DNA from: an uncultured virus (IMG/VR IMGVR_UViG_2806310702_000001)
Lineage: Duplodnaviria > Heunggongvirae > Uroviricota > Caudoviricetes
Reading direction: 5' to 3' (one strand)
Length of the DNA stretch: 53,653 nt
IMG/VR virus record: IMGVR_UViG_2806310702_000001
Shown here in pieces: positions 49,597-53,653 of the stretch. Both the position numbers and the translations under genes were made by a program. Below the pieces are notes generated by a model. It made no database searches. It saw nothing but the letters and a program-made list of their open reading frames with translations, and was not told the origin of the DNA. Every line of letters begins with the position of its first letter. The stretch's first letter is position 1.

Positions 49597-51213
49597 TCAC
49601 CTTAAATATATTTTATTTTTACTTTTAATCTTAACTACTGGAGATTGTTTCTCATGAAGAAGATACTCATCCTTTTTCTTAACTTCCACTTTATCTCTAG
49701 TAGGTGTTTTGGACGTATTGTTTTCTTTTTCTTCTTGTATTCTATATTGAATGTTTAGTAAAGCATTGAATTTATCGACATTAAATATATCTATATATTG
49801 ATGTTTCTTGTCAATACTATTTTTTATATATTTTTTAATCATTATGTCATTTATATATAAAGATTTGAACCAAATTCTGTTACTTCCATACATAAATAAC
49901 CCTTCACGAGAATCTAACCCTGTTAGCTCTGTACTATCCGATGCTACTAAGCTACTACTATCTGTATTTTGACTAAAACCTATTTTTGTACATAAGTTAG
50001 ATCTTAAACTAGGATCTAAAACGGTTCGGTCTGGTCTTTGTATTCCTATAATTAAGAACATTCCAGCTTTTCTAAATTTTCTAGTCATTTCTTTTAACAT
50101 GTTGTAACAATCTAATTTTGTTCTATACTCCTTTTCTATTTTCTCTGAATTTGGAAAATAGTCGGCAAATTCATCTAATATTATATATATTGTTGTCATA
50201 GGATGCTCTCTATTTTTCCTATTATATTCTTTAATATTTTTACATTTTTCATTTACAAACACTTTGAATCTCAATTTATATATATCAAATAGTCTTTTAA
50301 ATAATTTGTGGGATTTTTCAATAGACTTAGCATAATATTTAGTTTGTTTACAATTTTGAAAACACTCAAAATCACACATGTCAGATAAATCACTAAAATA
50401 TAACTCTAGTTTGGTTTCATCAAAATTATGAATTAGATTTGTTAACATTAGTCTTATTTCTTCCGTTTTCCCACTTCCAGTTTGACCACTTACTATGACA
50501 TGAGGTTGTTTAAACATATCAGCTATTAGCCTTTCATAAGTAATAGAATAACCGCCATATAATTGCATAGGACTTTTTAACCTATATGGAACAAAAGAAA
50601 ATCTTTCATCTATGATTGTTTCTATCACCTGTATCTTTATTTCATTTTTAAATCTATTCCACTCTAATTGAATCATGGCATTAAAGTTGCTTTCTAATAT
50701 CCCCTTAATAGCCTTTAATTTATCAAATCCTAAACCATTTGGGATGGATACTGTAATATCAAAACCATATGAATCTTCAATTTTTATATTTTTTATATTA
50801 AAGGTGTCAAAATCTTCGTTTCTTAGTTTGTTTGTAGTCATGATTTTATACCATTTAAATTTAATTTGTGTATCTTTACTTGCATCAGTTAAATCTTTTG
50901 CAATTCTCATATATATACTATTTTTATTACTACTTAATTCAGCTATTACATCAGCCTTTAAAAATGATTGTATACTGGATAGTTTTTTATTAAATTCCTC
51001 TACACTTTTACCTATAGGAATACTAACAATACAGTCAAATCCATAATGCTTTTTAAAGATATTTAATATTTCATAGGATTTATCTGATTTATTTTTAAGA
51101 CCTAGTTCCAACATTAGTTTGTTCCATTGATATTTAAATCTATTTATTTTTCTTTCCTTAAATTTATCATATGCATACATTCCAAACCCTGCTATAGCTA
51201 ACTCTGTAATCAT
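49597..51213 (-). CDS. FtsK/SpoIIIE-family ATPase
   Basis: PHVIVSGQTGSGKT, IILDEFAD, RKAGMFLIIGIQRP; start ATG 51213 after GGAGG. Confidence 0.88.
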   Translation of the reverse strand: MITELAIAGFGMYAYDKFKERKINRFKYQWNKLMLELGLKNKSDKSYEILNIFKKHYGFDCIVSIPIGKSVEEFNKKLSSIQSFLKADVIAELSSNKNSIYMRIAKDLTDASKDTQIKFKWYKIMTTNKLRNEDFDTFNIKNIKIEDSYGFDITVSIPNGLGFDKLKAIKGILESNFNAMIQLEWNRFKNEIKIQVIETIIDERFSFVPYRLKSPMQLYGGYSITYERLIADMFKQPHVIVSGQTGSGKTEEIRLMLTNLIHNFDETKLELYFSDLSDMCDFECFQNCKQTKYYAKSIEKSHKLFKRLFDIYKLRFKVFVNEKCKNIKEYNRKNREHPMTTIYIILDEFADYFPNSEKIEKEYRTKLDCYNMLKEMTRKFRKAGMFLIIGIQRPDRTVLDPSLRSNLCTKIGFSQNTDSSSLVASDSTELTGLDSREGLFMYGSNRIWFKSLYINDIMIKKYIKNSIDKKHQYIDIFNVDKFNALLNIQYRIQEEKENNTSKTPTRDKVEVKKKDEYLLHEKQSPVVKIKSKNKIYLR

Positions 51214-51243
51214 TTTAAACCTCCAAACAATTAATTGTTGCAA

Positions 51244-51513
51244 TTATAGTAATATTTTAATCATAGTAAATATTGTACCTACTGTAGCAATTTCAGGTAT
51301 TTTATAAGCGTTTAAAGTTTCGCCTATGCTACCATTATTTTTTAATAGTAGGCTTATTGTTTCAAAGCTTATTAATCCAATAGTTAACAATATACCACAC
51401 TTCATTACGGGAAATCCCAATGTACCATCTATAGTAGTATAAGACTTTAATTGGTTGAAATTTTCTATTATCTTATTATCCATGCCATTAATTAAAAAAT
51501 TACTTACTAACAT
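51244..51513 (-). CDS. Small membrane protein
   Basis: Hydrophobic segments; AAGGAGG RBS. Confidence 0.65.
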   Translation of the reverse strand: MLVSNFLINGMDNKIIENFNQLKSYTTIDGTLGFPVMKCGILLTIGLISFETISLLLKNNGSIGETLNAYKIPEIATVGTIFTMIKILL

Positions 51514-51537
51514 TAATATTCCTCCTTAAATTTATAA

Positions 51538-51783
51538 TTACATATTTTCACCAATTTTTCTCATTCCTTCTGGAGTGATATAATAAGTATTTTGCTTACC
51601 TTGTTTTGATCCATTGGCTATTAGATTTAACATAGTTAATAATTTTAATATATTTCTTATTTGCGATACAGATAAATCTATGTTATTTGTTATTTCTTTA
51701 ATAGTTAATGATTTATATTCTGTAGTGCATTGATTTTCCAATAATAATTCTAATATTTTATAGTCACTTTTGTTAATTGTCAT
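51538..51783 (-). CDS. TubR paralog (wHTH)
   Basis: Shares NK..YKIL..L.ENQCTTE.KS.T and G.KQG...T.YITP.G with TubR. Confidence 0.85.
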   Translation of the reverse strand: MTINKSDYKILELLLENQCTTEYKSLTIKEITNNIDLSVSQIRNILKLLTMLNLIANGSKQGKQNTYYITPEGMRKIGENM

Positions 51784-51811
51784 TTCTATACCCTCCCTTA
51801 TTACTTAATAT

Positions 51812-51839
51812 ATACTATGCAATATATAAACAATTTGTT
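51812..51839 (-). promoter_or_regulatory. Candidate sigmaK-type sporulation promoter
   Basis: AACA-16 bp-CATAGTAT upstream of 51783. Confidence 0.4.
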
Positions 51840-51962
51840 ACTATAATTCTTTAAATTTGCTAATAATATATAAGTAAATTATTAATAAGTTAGCATTGAT
51901 TTAATAATATATGTTTAAAGTATTGGTGTTATGATAATAATAAATATAAAAGAGGTGTATGT

Positions 51963-52562
51963 ATGGAGAATTGGGATTGTGGAAATTTTCTTCTTATTAT
52001 ACTTGTGATAGTAGGGCTTATAGGATATATAAATATAGCAGTAATAAGATTTAAAGCTATTAAACATAAATCAAGATATTTAACCAGAATGCAAATATTA
52101 AAAATATTACATAAAATAGAGAGTATGACTGGTAGGGACTTTGAAAAATTTTGTGTGTATTTATTTAGTCAAACTAATAAATACAAAAAAATAAAACTAA
52201 CTTCAGCTACAAATGATGGTGGAAAAGATATAGTAATGACTGATTCCAAAGGAAATACAATATTTGTAGAATGTAAAAGATATACCGAATCTATGATAGG
52301 TCGAGAAATTATACAAAAATTAATTGGTGCTATGGTTCAGAATGGAGTAAAAAATGGAATATTAGTTACTACTAGTACACTAAATTCTAATGCTCTTAAA
52401 TGTTTAAATGAAGTAAAAAAACATAGTGGTTTACAAGTAGATGTTATAGAATTATATGGTATTCAAGATATGATTGAAAAATATTGTAGCAATTCTATAT
52501 TAAAAGAATTATGCATTGATTCTAATAATACTCAAACAAACGTTTGTAACTATAAGTTATAA
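51963..52562 (+). CDS. Membrane-anchored Mrr-like restriction endonuclease domain protein
   Basis: N-terminal TM helix; FE...DGGKDI...VECKRY...GILVTTS. Confidence 0.8.
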   Translation: MENWDCGNFLLIILVIVGLIGYINIAVIRFKAIKHKSRYLTRMQILKILHKIESMTGRDFEKFCVYLFSQTNKYKKIKLTSATNDGGKDIVMTDSKGNTIFVECKRYTESMIGREIIQKLIGAMVQNGVKNGILVTTSTLNSNALKCLNEVKKHSGLQVDVIELYGIQDMIEKYCSNSILKELCIDSNNTQTNVCNYKL

Positions 52563-53072
52563 CTATATACTATACCGTTATAACCGTTATAAAACGATGT
52601 CTACAGATAAGCAATAGAGCCATTCCTTTAAGTCAATAAGTAATAAGAAATAAAAGAAATAAAAAATGACACGGGACGAGTTTCATACTTGTCCATTTTT
52701 GTGTTAAAAAATAGATAATTACTCATAATAATAACAGTTTGTAACAAAAATAATTACTATACCATTTATTTTTTTATATAATATATTGGTTGAAAAATCC
52801 TGTTATATTATTTTCATCATCTATTTTTTTTAATATAAAAGTTTAAGGTTTTATTTATGTGTTTTACATTAGTATTGTTACCTTTAAATTAAAATCTATA
52901 CATAAAAAACTAAAAAGAGAAGTTAAAAAATAACCTCTCTTTTTTAGTTAAGACATACAAATGAGATTCAATATATGTTTATAAAATTTCATGTAGTTAA
53001 TGGATATTTTAATTCTTGACTAGTTGGATAAAAAATATACATATGAATTTTAAAAAATTAAGTTAAAAAATC

Positions 53073-53348
53073 TACGATACATAGTGTATCGTAAAAGGTG
53101 AAATTTTAGAGTTTAAAAATTGGATTAAACCATTGATATATAAGGGTTTAAGAATAGTCAACGATAGACATTTTTTCAAAAATAAGATGGAATGAAATAG
53201 GGTGTATCGTTCAAACCGTTGATATACAAGGCTTAGAAAGGTTCAAAAGTATAAAAATAGGTAAAATTTAATAAAAATAGGGTCGTTTAAAATATGTAAA
53301 AGTAGCTATTTATAAGGGTTTCGACGATACACTTTTCGATACACTTTT
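53073..53348. repeat. CGATACA(C) repeat cluster in a long noncoding region
   Basis: Palindrome TACGATACA-TAG-TGTATCGTA (53073-53093); further copies near 53161, 53202, 53325 and 53337. Confidence 0.7.
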
Positions 53349-53653
53349 GAATTTTTCATTACTCAAAATTTCATATCGCACTTCGACAACTTACATAAGT
53401 GACCAGACCTACTCGACCCAATATGACTGCTTTACCCTCAACAAACAATGAAAAATACGCCCCCTCTACACTATTTACTTTAAAATATTTAGTCCTAAAG
53501 TTTTAAGACATAACTATTATTATGTGTTGAAAAAATTATACTCAATCCCTACAGCCGTTGTCACGTCTGGGTTTGAACACGCTTTACTGTGCTAAAGTTA
53601 TGATAATTTTGGGTGCAAAACTGGCTTAAAATAGATAATTTATATTTTACATA

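Noticed and set aside
1067..51046. Many short + strand ORFs overlapping minus-strand genes
   Set aside because: Antisense shadows with no RBS and F/L/I/S-biased composition; only 2476, 39159 and 51963 are credible on the + strand
1..53653. CRISPR array or botulinum toxin cluster
   Set aside because: No regularly spaced repeat-spacer units, and no ORF resembling BoNT, NTNH, HA or C3 in this window

Overview
AT-rich 53.6-kb segment of a large Clostridium phage or plasmid-prophage of the C. botulinum c-st type (recognisable tubR-tubZ-tubY partition locus; SPbeta-like gene order). Almost all genes are on the minus strand. In transcription order (right to left): a noncoding repeat-rich end; an Mrr-like nuclease (+ strand); a TubR-paralog/FtsK/Replic_Relax-like operon; tubR-tubZ-tubY; a candidate initiator with iterons; ParB-like and UvrD-like genes; Zn-ribbon endonucleases; a YonO-type single-subunit RNA polymerase; HU; a PIN-PhoH gene broken by an intact omegaRNA-iscB-tnpA element; an RNA cluster (an atypical tRNA-like RNA, tRNA-Trp, a ~500-nt ROOL-like RNA); then terminase, portal, head, neck and tail-tube genes, amidase and holin. 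Five antirepressor-type genes are scattered through the late region. The main unexplained signal is RNA-based. A tRNA scaffold has its anticodon replaced by an extended stem with an anti-Shine-Dalgarno loop, and every antirepressor gene (plus one endonuclease gene) has a structured leader carrying a gene-specific copy of the complement of its own ribosome-binding site. No toxin gene and no CRISPR array are in the window. All calls come from reading motifs by eye; no searches were run.
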